Of a stretch of DNA of 64,000 bases, positions 1-7,032 are shown one piece after another. A model generated the notes under the pieces. That model did not search any database, was not told where the DNA came from, and saw only the letters and a list, made by a program, of their open reading frames with translations. Where the stretch lies: contig JAFTEX010000104.1 in the NCBI GenBank assembly GCA_017453445.1, positions 1,174 through 65,173 of the forward strand, read 5' to 3'. Source of the DNA: Bacteroidaceae bacterium (lineage in GTDB: Bacteria > Bacteroidota > Bacteroidia > Bacteroidales > Bacteroidaceae). Each line of letters opens with the position of its first letter. The first letter of the stretch is position 1. A program made the translations under genes and the position numbers.

Positions 1-231
1 TTGCTTTTCGCCGATGCTCGTCTCGACAGTCTGCTGGGCATCGTGTCCCTACACTATGGGCGCACGCTCTACATCCAAAACGAGGAGGTGGCCCGAGTGC
101 GTGTACTGGCGAAGTGGTATGTGGATAAACCCTTGTCTGTCTTCATAGAAAGCATGAACGAGTTCAAAGGGCTATGCCTCACGGACGTGCGTGACACTTT
201 GTTTGCGACAATAAAGGAAAAGGAGGACTAA
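1..231 (+). CDS. FecR-family anti-sigma factor, C-terminal fragment (5' end outside the window)
   Basis: The frame is open from the window edge to TAA at 229-231. The segment LGIVSLHYGRTLYIQNEEVARVRVLAKWYVDKPL resembles the C-terminal domain of Bacteroidetes FecR proteins. It ends 2 nt before an STN-domain outer-membrane protein, the usual FecR partner. Confidence 0.5.
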   Translation: MLFADARLDSLLGIVSLHYGRTLYIQNEEVARVRVLAKWYVDKPLSVFIESMNEFKGLCLTDVRDTLFATIKEKED

Positions 232-233
232 GA

Positions 234-3200
234 ATGAAACGAATCCCCATTCTTATCCTTATGGCTTTCAACTTCACTTTAGCCTTTGGACAAGCTGTTT
301 CCTTCGACTTCCGCAACACAACGTTGGCCGAGGCACTGACCCAACTGGCTGCGGCCACAAGCGAGTACGACATCCAGTGCGTCACCAGCGAACTGGACTC
401 GCTGCCCGTCAGTGTGCGCATCCGAAACCTGAGCATCCCGGATGCCGTGGCTCGGGTGACAAAGGGGCAACCCGTGAAAGTAAAGACCAAGGGGCGCCGC
501 ATCATCGTCCAATACAGCAGCACGCGCAAACCACGCATACTGAAACTGAACGGAACGGTCAACGACACGCGAGCCCACAACCAACTGCTCGGTGCCACCG
601 TCGACCTGCTCAGCGAGGACAGCACCCTCATTCATTCGCTTACGGCCACCCGGCGCTACAGCAGCGACATCGGGGTTACGTGGGAGAGGTCAGAATTCAC
701 CTTCTCCGTTCCGGCAGTGCCTGCGAAGTACATCTTCCGCATCTCGCTCGACGGATATCAGACGACCTACGTCGACTATGCCCTGGAGCACATCAGCCGG
801 CGCGAACTGGCTCGCGAACTGCCACCTTTCTACTTGCAGAAACAGGCTGTGGTGATGAAGGAAGTGACCGTCACAGCCTCACGCGTGCGATTCTATTATA
901 AAGGTGACACCATTGTGTACAATGCCGATGCCTTCCAGCTGGCTGAGGGTTCGATGCTGGACGAACTGCTGCGCCAAATTCCGGGCATGGAGATGAAGAG
1001 CGACGGACGCATCTACCACAACGGTAAGTTCGTCGACGACCTTCTGCTGAACGGCAAGGCTTTCTTCCAGGGCGACCGCAAACTGTTGCTGGAGAATCTA
1101 CCTGCCTACACCGTGAAAGACATTGCCATCTACAACAAGCAGACGGAGGAGAACGAATGGCTGGGCAAGAAAGACCCCATGACGCAGCGCTACGTCATCG
1201 ATGTCCGCCTAAAGAAGGAATATATGGTAGGCTGGGTGGCCAACATAGAGGCGGGTTCGGGCTATCGCGAAGACCATACTCCCTACCTTGCGCGTCTCTT
1301 CGCCATGCGCCATACCGACCACTCACGCATCACCCTCATCGGCAATGCCAATAACCTGGACGACGATAGCCATCCCGACAGCAAGAATCAATGGAACGGT
1401 GGCAACAGCGGCCTGCGCCGCACGGAACTGGCTGCCGTCGAAGTGAACATCGAGAGCCGCGACAAGGAATGGAGTTACGGGGGCTATGCGACGGCCAAGC
1501 ATACGACGGAGCGTAAGGAACAGACCACCGCGACGCAGAACTTCCTCGCCTCGGGCGACACCTACGAGCATCGCTTCAGCAATAACCGCAACGAAGACTG
1601 GAGACTCACGGCGTTCCAGCACCTGACCTACAAGAACGAACGGCTGATGCTGAAGTTCGAGCCGAATGTCCAATACCGCCGCTACTGCAACACCGCCAAC
1701 TCTGTTTCGGCCTCCTTCACGGCCCCCGTGGCCGAGGTCAGCCGACGGTTGCTCGACAATCTTTTCTCGCCCACATCGTCGCGCCCCAATCTCCGCGACA
1801 CGCTCATCAACCGCCAATTGCGCGAGAGCCTTGGCACTGGGCACGACCTCGATGCCGACCTCGACCTTTGGGGCACGTTGAAGTTGAAGAACAGTAACGA
1901 TGTGTTGCGCTTTGCCATCGACGGCCGCTACTACGAACGGGCGCACCAGCTGTTCTCACGCCAGCAAGTCAAGTATGCAGCGGCACCGTCGCAGCCGCAA
2001 GGAGCAGGAAGCCCCCGGACTCTCTTTCGCCACCAACTGGCCGACCTGCCGCCCAGCCGCAAGTGGGAAATGCACGGCATGATAGGCTATACCTTGCCGC
2101 TCGGTCAGGGCTGGCGTCAACTCTTCACGTTCTATCAATACCTCCACGTCGACCAGCACGAGCGCGAATCGCTCTATCGGCTCGACCAACTCCCGAGTGC
2201 CGACTCCTCCTTCGCCCGTCCCATCGGCGAACTGCCCAGCCTAAGCGAATACCGACATACACTCGACCGCACCAACAGCCACCGCAGTCACTATGTGGAC
2301 AATCAGCACCAGTTCGTTGCCAACGTGGGATATGAATTCGACAAAAAAGCCTACGGCACCGCCTATCTTCTATTCGACGCACGGGTTGACATTACGCAGC
2401 AACGCATGGATTACCAGCGCGGCACCATCGACACCGTGCTCCACCGAACGGCTCCCACACTCCGGTTTGCTGCAACGCCATGGATAAGGTTCACCAATGG
2501 CAGTTGGATTCAGTTTGCCCCGAGCATAGACATCCGTCAACCCGACCTTGTGAACAAGGCGGCCATCCGTGACGACAGCGACCCGATGAACGTGCGTTTG
2601 GGCAATCCCAACCTGCGCAGCAGCGTCAGCACCAGCTACGGGCTGACCTACTCCAAGTCGAACAAGAAGCGACACACCGCAAACATGCTGAGTTTGAACT
2701 ATTCCCCAACTTTCCGCGCCATTGCCATGGGACAGACCTACGACTGCACGACGGGCGTCCGCACCTATCGCCCCGACAACATCAACGGCAACTGGGATGC
2801 CAGCATGAAACATGAACTCAACTATAATTTCACGGAACATAATCACAACCTAAGCGTGTCATCCCGCCTCGCCTATCAGCACAGCGTGGACCTCATGGGA
2901 GAGGAGGCACCCATGCGCTCCGTCGTCCGCACGCTCTCATTCAGCATCGCCCCGAAACTCAAGTTCACCCTCGGCAAGCACACGCTGAATTTCACCGCCG
3001 AAGCCTCCGCCAATCGCTACACAAGCCATCGGGCCGACTTCCAAGACATGACGGCCACCAACTATCGCATCGGGGCGGATGCCATCCTCCACCTGCCGTG
3101 GAAACTCGACCTCACCACCGACCTCACCCTCTATGGCCGTCGTGGTTATGCCGACCGTCTGATGAACACTGACGACTTGGTGTGGAACGCCCGGCTCAGC

Positions 3201-3383
3201 CGTCCGTTTGCCAAAGGCCGGCTCCTGCTGATGATTGACGGATTCGACCTGCTCGGCCAACTCTCCAACGTGACGCGCACCGTCAATGCCCAAGGGCGTA
3301 CCGAAACGTGGACGAACGTCATGCCGCGCTACGTCCTGTTCCATGCCGTCTGGCGACTGAACAAAGAGCCGAAAAAGCCGTAA
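234..3383 (+). CDS. STN-domain outer-membrane beta-barrel receptor (carboxypeptidase-regulatory-like domain, plug-like region, OMP_b-brl_3-type barrel)
   Basis: 1049-aa ORF with signal peptide MKRIPILILMAFNFTLAFGQ. It has an STN-like N-terminus (VSFDFRNTTLAEALTQLAAATS...IIVQ), a CarbopepD_reg-like segment (KLNGTVND...YIFRISLDGYQT) and a plug-like segment (DTIVYNADAFQLAEGSMLDELLRQIPGMEMKSDG). The long Y/N/R/T-rich C-terminal part fits a barrel. Confidence 0.8.
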   Translation: MKRIPILILMAFNFTLAFGQAVSFDFRNTTLAEALTQLAAATSEYDIQCVTSELDSLPVSVRIRNLSIPDAVARVTKGQPVKVKTKGRRIIVQYSSTRKPRILKLNGTVNDTRAHNQLLGATVDLLSEDSTLIHSLTATRRYSSDIGVTWERSEFTFSVPAVPAKYIFRISLDGYQTTYVDYALEHISRRELARELPPFYLQKQAVVMKEVTVTASRVRFYYKGDTIVYNADAFQLAEGSMLDELLRQIPGMEMKSDGRIYHNGKFVDDLLLNGKAFFQGDRKLLLENLPAYTVKDIAIYNKQTEENEWLGKKDPMTQRYVIDVRLKKEYMVGWVANIEAGSGYREDHTPYLARLFAMRHTDHSRITLIGNANNLDDDSHPDSKNQWNGGNSGLRRTELAAVEVNIESRDKEWSYGGYATAKHTTERKEQTTATQNFLASGDTYEHRFSNNRNEDWRLTAFQHLTYKNERLMLKFEPNVQYRRYCNTANSVSASFTAPVAEVSRRLLDNLFSPTSSRPNLRDTLINRQLRESLGTGHDLDADLDLWGTLKLKNSNDVLRFAIDGRYYERAHQLFSRQQVKYAAAPSQPQGAGSPRTLFRHQLADLPPSRKWEMHGMIGYTLPLGQGWRQLFTFYQYLHVDQHERESLYRLDQLPSADSSFARPIGELPSLSEYRHTLDRTNSHRSHYVDNQHQFVANVGYEFDKKAYGTAYLLFDARVDITQQRMDYQRGTIDTVLHRTAPTLRFAATPWIRFTNGSWIQFAPSIDIRQPDLVNKAAIRDDSDPMNVRLGNPNLRSSVSTSYGLTYSKSNKKRHTANMLSLNYSPTFRAIAMGQTYDCTTGVRTYRPDNINGNWDASMKHELNYNFTEHNHNLSVSSRLAYQHSVDLMGEEAPMRSVVRTLSFSIAPKLKFTLGKHTLNFTAEASANRYTSHRADFQDMTATNYRIGADAILHLPWKLDLTTDLTLYGRRGYADRLMNTDDLVWNARLSRPFAKGRLLLMIDGFDLLGQLSNVTRTVNAQGRTETWTNVMPRYVLFHAVWRLNKEPKKP

Positions 3384-3392
3384 TGATAGCGT

Positions 3393-3434
3393 CGAAAGAC
3401 TTAGGTCTTTATCCAATAAGACCTAAGTCTTTCG
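3393..3434. terminator. Perfect 17-bp stem, 8-nt loop hairpin just after the OMP gene stop
   Basis: cgaaagacttaggtctt (3393-3409) and aagacctaagtctttcg (3418-3434) are exact reverse complements. The hairpin starts 10 nt after the TAA at 3381-3383. Confidence 0.55.
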
Positions 3435-3438
3435 CCTA

Positions 3439-3477
3439 TAAGATTTAAGTCTTTCTCCTGTAAGATTTAAGTCTTTC
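3439..3477. repeat. Two direct 17-nt copies of the hairpin right arm (taagatttaagtctttc), period 22
   Basis: Copies lie at 3439-3455 and 3461-3477. In addition, 3471-3480 (gtctttcgac) is complementary to 3391-3400 (gtcgaaagac). Confidence 0.8.
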
Positions 3478-3503
3478 GACGATTACGTTATATCGATTTT
3501 CGC

Positions 3504-3511
3504 CAAAGATA
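3504..3511 (-). promoter_or_regulatory. Candidate Bacteroidetes -7 box (TAnnTTTG) with no downstream minus-strand gene
   Basis: The plus strand reads caaagata, which is tatctttg on the minus strand. It points into the palindromic module at 3391-3480. A chance match is possible. Confidence 0.3.
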
Positions 3512-3556
3512 GCAACACGGAGTGCCAGACACCATAGCGCAGCGTCCGCAACTCTT

Positions 3557-3604
3557 GGGAGCAAGGGGGAGCGGTAAGGAGGAGCAAGGTGCGAGGAGCA
3601 GGAG
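3557..3604. repeat. Degenerate purine-rich GGAGCAAGG-type array
   Basis: The sequence is gggagcaagggggagcggtaaggaggagcaaggtgcgaggagcaggag, with ggagcaagg at 3558-3566 and 3581-3589. The same 9-mer recurs at 6576-6584. Confidence 0.6.
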
Positions 3605-3650
3605 TTTACGTTTTTTGGCCGAAAGGCATGGCTGTTTGGCGGAATATTCG

Positions 3651-3658
3651 TATATTTG
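3651..3658 (+). promoter_or_regulatory. Candidate -7 box (tatatttg) for the GH31 gene
   Basis: TAnnTTTG match 143 nt upstream of the ATG at 3801. Confidence 0.45.
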
Positions 3659-3679
3659 TGTCGAAAAGTCTAAAAAAAG

Positions 3680-3787
3680 CCTCATCGCTCGACCCGAAAG
3701 GACGCTTTCATCGAGCGAAGCGAACGAAAGAACCTCAAAAAACCTCATCGCTCGACCCGAAGGGACGCCCTCACCGAGCGAAGCGAA
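3680..3787 (+). repeat. Two tandem 45-nt stem-loop elements (period 63) in the GH31 leader
   Basis: Copies at 3680-3724 and 3743-3787 differ at 4 positions. Each has an outer stem tcgctcga/tcgagcga (cgctcg/cgagcg in copy 2) and an inner stem gaaag/ctttc. Confidence 0.8.
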
Positions 3788-3800
3788 ATGAAAAAGCCTC

Positions 3801-6200
3801 ATGAAACACATCTTTAGCCTCATGTTGCTCCTCTGCCTCTGCGGGGGGGCGAGAGCCGAGAGGCGCTCAGTCAGTGTCAGAACCGCGAAGGGAGAGACGC
3901 GCGTGACCTTCCTGTCGAACCGCATCGTGCGCGTCGAGCACGGCGGGGAGCTGGGGCCCGCGAGCCGACGGAGCATGGTGGTGACGCTGGAACCACGGAA
4001 TGACAACGTGAACATCAGGGAGTCGAAGTCCGGGACGGAGCTGAGGTCCGACGTGCTCACGGCCACCGTCGACCGCAAGACGGGCCTCGTGAGTTTCGCC
4101 TCGCCGAAGGGCAGCCTCGTGAAGGAGAAGTCGTTCGACGTGGCTCCGCGCCCGTCGGTGACCTACACGCTGGAGGCCGACGAGCCCATCTACGGACTTG
4201 GCACGCTGCAGGACGGCAAGCTGAACCGACGGGGCACGGAGCGCCGCCTGATGGAGCAGTCGAACCTGGAGGACTTCCAGTACGTAGTCCAGTCGCTCAA
4301 GGGCTACGGCATCTACTGGGACACTGAGGCCCGGGCCGACTTCGTCGACAACGCCGAGGGCATGACCTTCCGCCCCGAGGTGGGCAGCGAACTGACCTAC
4401 TATCTCATGTTCGGCGGCTCCGCCGACGGCGTCAACCGCCTGATGCGTCAGCTCTCGGGCCAGGTGCCCATGTTCCCCCTGTGGACGTTCGGCTACTGGC
4501 AGTGCCGCGAGCGCTACAAGAGTTGGAAGGAGCTGACGGAGGTCGTCGACTGGCACCGCCGCAACCAAGTGCCCCTGGACGGCATCATCCAGGACTGGCA
4601 GTACTGGGGTTCGAACTACACGTGGAACGCCATGGACTTCCTGAACGAGGAGTTCCAGGACAGCCGCCGCGCCATCCGCCACATCCACGACCAGGGGGCC
4701 CACCTGATGATTAGCATCTGGCAGAGTTTCGGCCCCATGACCCCACAGTATCGCGAACTGGATTCGCTGGGCCTGCTCATGGACTTCGAGACGTGGCCAC
4801 AGAGCGGGCTGCCCATGTGGCCCCCGCGCCGCGACTACATGAGCGGAGTGCGCGTCTACGACCCGTTCAGTGCCGACGGGCGCGACATTTATTGGAAATA
4901 TCTTCGACGCCTCCACCAGTACGACATCGACGCCTGGTGGATGGACTCTACCGACCCCGACCAGTTCGGCATCACGGAGGAGCAGCTGGACCGTCCCGTC
5001 GGCCAGTCGCCCTCGAAGGGCGCGACGCCCCTGGGCACCTATCGCTCGCTGCGCAATGCCTTCCCCCTGGCCTGCGTCAGCGGAGTCTACGACCACCAGC
5101 GGGCCGTCGACCGCGAGAAGCGTGTCTTCATCATGACCCGCTCGGCCTTTGCCGGACAGCAGCGCTACGGCTCGGGCCTCTGGAGCGGCGACGTCGCCTC
5201 CTCGTGGGACGTGCTGCGCCGCCAGATTCCCCTCGGGCTGAACTACACCATGACGGGCTGCCCCAACTTCAACACCGACATCGGTGGCTTCTTCTGCGGC
5301 CGCTACAACACGCAGGGCAATGGCTCTGCCCCCCGCAACCCGCGCTATCAGGAACTCTACGTCCGCTGGCTCCAGTACGGGCTCCTGTGCCCCGTCTTCC
5401 GCAGTCACGGAGCCGACGCACCGCGCGAGATATATCAATTCTCCGACTGGCGGAGCGGCAAAGCCGAGCGTAGCAAGAGAGGGCAGCCCGTCTTCGACGC
5501 CATCGAGGCCAGCATCCGCCTGCGCTATCGGCTCCTGCCCTATATCTACAGCACCGCATGGGCCGTGACCAGCGAGGGGGAATCCTACCTCCGCGCCCTC
5601 GTCTACGACTTCCCGCAGGACCGCCGCACGTGGGACTTGGGCGATGAGTTCATGTTCGGGCGCTCGTTGCTTGCCCTGCCCATCGTCCGTCCGCAGTTCA
5701 CCGACGAGGAAACCGACGGCCCCACCGAGGGCATCGACTTCACCCAGACGCCCCAGGCCACGAAGTACCTGCCCAAGGGCTGCGACTGGTGGGACTTCTG
5801 GACGGAAAGTCGCTACCGCGGCGGCCAGGACGTCACTCTCTCCACTCCGCTCTGCCAGGCCCCCATGATGGTGCGCGCCGGCAGCATCCTGCCCCTGGCT
5901 CCTGTCATGCAGTGGGCTGGTCAACGGAAATGGGACGACCTGGAAATCGTTGTCTATCCCGGAGCCGACGCGAAGTTCACACTCTACGAGGACGAGGGCG
6001 ACTCCTACCGTTACGAACAGGGCCAGTACGCCATCGTCCCGATGGAGTGGAACGACCGCACACGCCGCCTCACAATCGACAGACGCAATGGCCAGTTCCC
6101 CGGTATGCTCCTGAAGCGCACCTTCCGCATACGCCTCGCGGGGCAGCAGGGCGTGAAGACCGTAGAATACGACGGAGGGGCGCAGACCGTGCAGTTGTAA
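3801..6200 (+). CDS. Glycoside hydrolase family 31 (alpha-glucosidase/alpha-xylosidase type), secreted
   Basis: 799-aa ORF with signal peptide MKHIFSLMLLLCLCGGARA. GH31-like blocks are DGIIQDWQYWG, IDAWWMDSTDPD, FIMTRSAFAGQQRYGSGLWSGDVASSW and NFNTDIGGF. Confidence 0.9.
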   Translation: MKHIFSLMLLLCLCGGARAERRSVSVRTAKGETRVTFLSNRIVRVEHGGELGPASRRSMVVTLEPRNDNVNIRESKSGTELRSDVLTATVDRKTGLVSFASPKGSLVKEKSFDVAPRPSVTYTLEADEPIYGLGTLQDGKLNRRGTERRLMEQSNLEDFQYVVQSLKGYGIYWDTEARADFVDNAEGMTFRPEVGSELTYYLMFGGSADGVNRLMRQLSGQVPMFPLWTFGYWQCRERYKSWKELTEVVDWHRRNQVPLDGIIQDWQYWGSNYTWNAMDFLNEEFQDSRRAIRHIHDQGAHLMISIWQSFGPMTPQYRELDSLGLLMDFETWPQSGLPMWPPRRDYMSGVRVYDPFSADGRDIYWKYLRRLHQYDIDAWWMDSTDPDQFGITEEQLDRPVGQSPSKGATPLGTYRSLRNAFPLACVSGVYDHQRAVDREKRVFIMTRSAFAGQQRYGSGLWSGDVASSWDVLRRQIPLGLNYTMTGCPNFNTDIGGFFCGRYNTQGNGSAPRNPRYQELYVRWLQYGLLCPVFRSHGADAPREIYQFSDWRSGKAERSKRGQPVFDAIEASIRLRYRLLPYIYSTAWAVTSEGESYLRALVYDFPQDRRTWDLGDEFMFGRSLLALPIVRPQFTDEETDGPTEGIDFTQTPQATKYLPKGCDWWDFWTESRYRGGQDVTLSTPLCQAPMMVRAGSILPLAPVMQWAGQRKWDDLEIVVYPGADAKFTLYEDEGDSYRYEQGQYAIVPMEWNDRTRRLTIDRRNGQFPGMLLKRTFRIRLAGQQGVKTVEYDGGAQTVQL

Positions 6201-6205
6201 GGCGG

Positions 6206-6520
6206 TCAGCCGTTTTTCTTGTAACTCTTGACGGCCCAGGCTGCCATCGTCAGTCCGATAAGGACGAGGGCGAGAACCTGAGGGGCTATGGCCGACAGGC
6301 CGCCGCCGCGCAGGAAGACCGTGCGGATGGCGTCGATGAAATAGTGCATGGGGTTGACATATGTGGTCAGGTACGACCAGAAGGGCATGGAACGAACCGG
6401 GGTGAACAGACCGCTGAGCAGGAGGAGGCAGACGGTGATGACGAAGAGGGCTATGAGCCAGTAGGGTATCAACTTGGCGAGGATGAATGAGAGACGGGGG
6501 ACGGGGGTGACCACCACGGA
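6206..6520 (-). pseudogene. 3' remnant of an ABC-2 type transporter permease (about the last 100 codons only)
   Basis: The translation ...RLSFILAKLIPYWLIALFVITVCLLLLSGLFTPVRSMPFWSYLTTYVNPMHYFIDAIRTVFLRGGGLSAIAPQVLALVLIGLTMAAWAVKSYKKNG matches the C-terminal TM5-TM6 region of ABC-2 permeases. There is no plausible start codon, no N-terminal two thirds and no partner ATPase. The upstream part of the ORF runs through a repeat array. Confidence 0.7.
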
Positions 6521-6558
6521 CTGATTCCCCCCCACACTCTCTCTCTTCTGATTGGATT

Positions 6559-6720
6559 GAGCAAGGAGACAAAGAGGAGCAAGGGGCAAGGAGCAAGAGT
6601 ATACATTTGCACCTTGTTTGTCATCCTGTCTGATACATACCTCTTGCTCCTTGCCCCTTGCTCCTTGCTCCTTGCCCCCTGCTCCTTGCCCCCTGCCCCT
6701 TGCTCCTTGCTCCTTGCCCC
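6559..6720. repeat. Inverted heptamer arrays: left CAAGGRG-type block (6559-6599), 41-nt loop, right YCCYTGC x11 block (6641-6720)
   Basis: 6575-6599 and 6641-6665 are exact reverse complements (25 bp). The right block has 11 consecutive 7-nt units and ends at the TIGR04076 stop codon (6721-6723). Confidence 0.9.
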
Positions 6721-7032
6721 TTACGACTGCGGCCCGACGACCTCGATGTAGAAACTGACGGGCCGGAAGCCGTCGTTGCAACTTATCATGGCACTCTGGG
6801 GGTCCCGCATCCAGCCGTCGAAGAAGTTGCCCCCGCCGCGGGCCAGCGACTCGACGAAGGGGCGCATGGAATCCCAGGCCGAAGGGCACAGCCCCTCGGG
6901 GCGCTGACCGTCGACGGAGAGCCACTGCTGCCCCACCCTGACATCACAGGCATGACGGATGGGGTTTTCGTATTGCGCCATCAGGTCGTCATAGACGGTT
7001 TGGCGCATAGCTGTGATGCGGACTTTCCTCAT
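6721..7032 (-). CDS. TIGR04076 family small protein
   Basis: 103-aa ORF. PEGLCPSAWDSMRPFVESLARGGGNFFDGWMRDPQSAMISCNDGFRPVSFYIEVV matches the conserved core of that family. Its start overlaps the GH43 stop by 4 nt. Confidence 0.75.
   Translation of the reverse strand: MRKVRITAMRQTVYDDLMAQYENPIRHACDVRVGQQWLSVDGQRPEGLCPSAWDSMRPFVESLARGGGNFFDGWMRDPQSAMISCNDGFRPVSFYIEVVGPQS

Noticed and set aside
3405-3420. ttatcc-containing strings (ctttatccaat here, ctttatccgaat at 26963-26974, cttatccgcc at 22485-22494) considered as DnaA boxes or an origin
   Set aside because: None matches the TTATCCACA consensus beyond 6-7 of 9 positions. They are isolated single sites inside palindromic elements. No dnaA or dnaN gene, AT-rich unwinding element or box cluster is present.
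3867-6596. 909-aa minus-strand ORF covering the whole GH31 gene and the ABC-2 remnant
   Set aside because: It is antisense to a strongly supported GH31 gene. The translation is R/A/G/P/H/V-rich with no recognisable family or motif. Long stop-free antisense frames are expected opposite GC3-rich genes.
6602-6609. Treating every TAnnTTTG match as a promoter
   Set aside because: The motif fixes only 6 bases, so roughly 30 chance matches are expected in 64 kb on both strands. I annotated only those 18-145 nt upstream of a start codon or RNA gene, plus the more distant box at 21594-21601 for the adhesin gene. The orphan matches at 3504-3511 and 6602-6609 are flagged only as low-confidence hypotheses.
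6521-6925. N-terminal 135 aa of the 239-aa ORF 6206-6925, which might have made the ABC-2 fragment a full gene
   Set aside because: This part is translated through the heptamer arrays (GKEQGARG repeats). It also overlaps the TIGR04076 gene in another frame. Only the last ~100 codons look like a real protein, so I call the region a pseudogene remnant.
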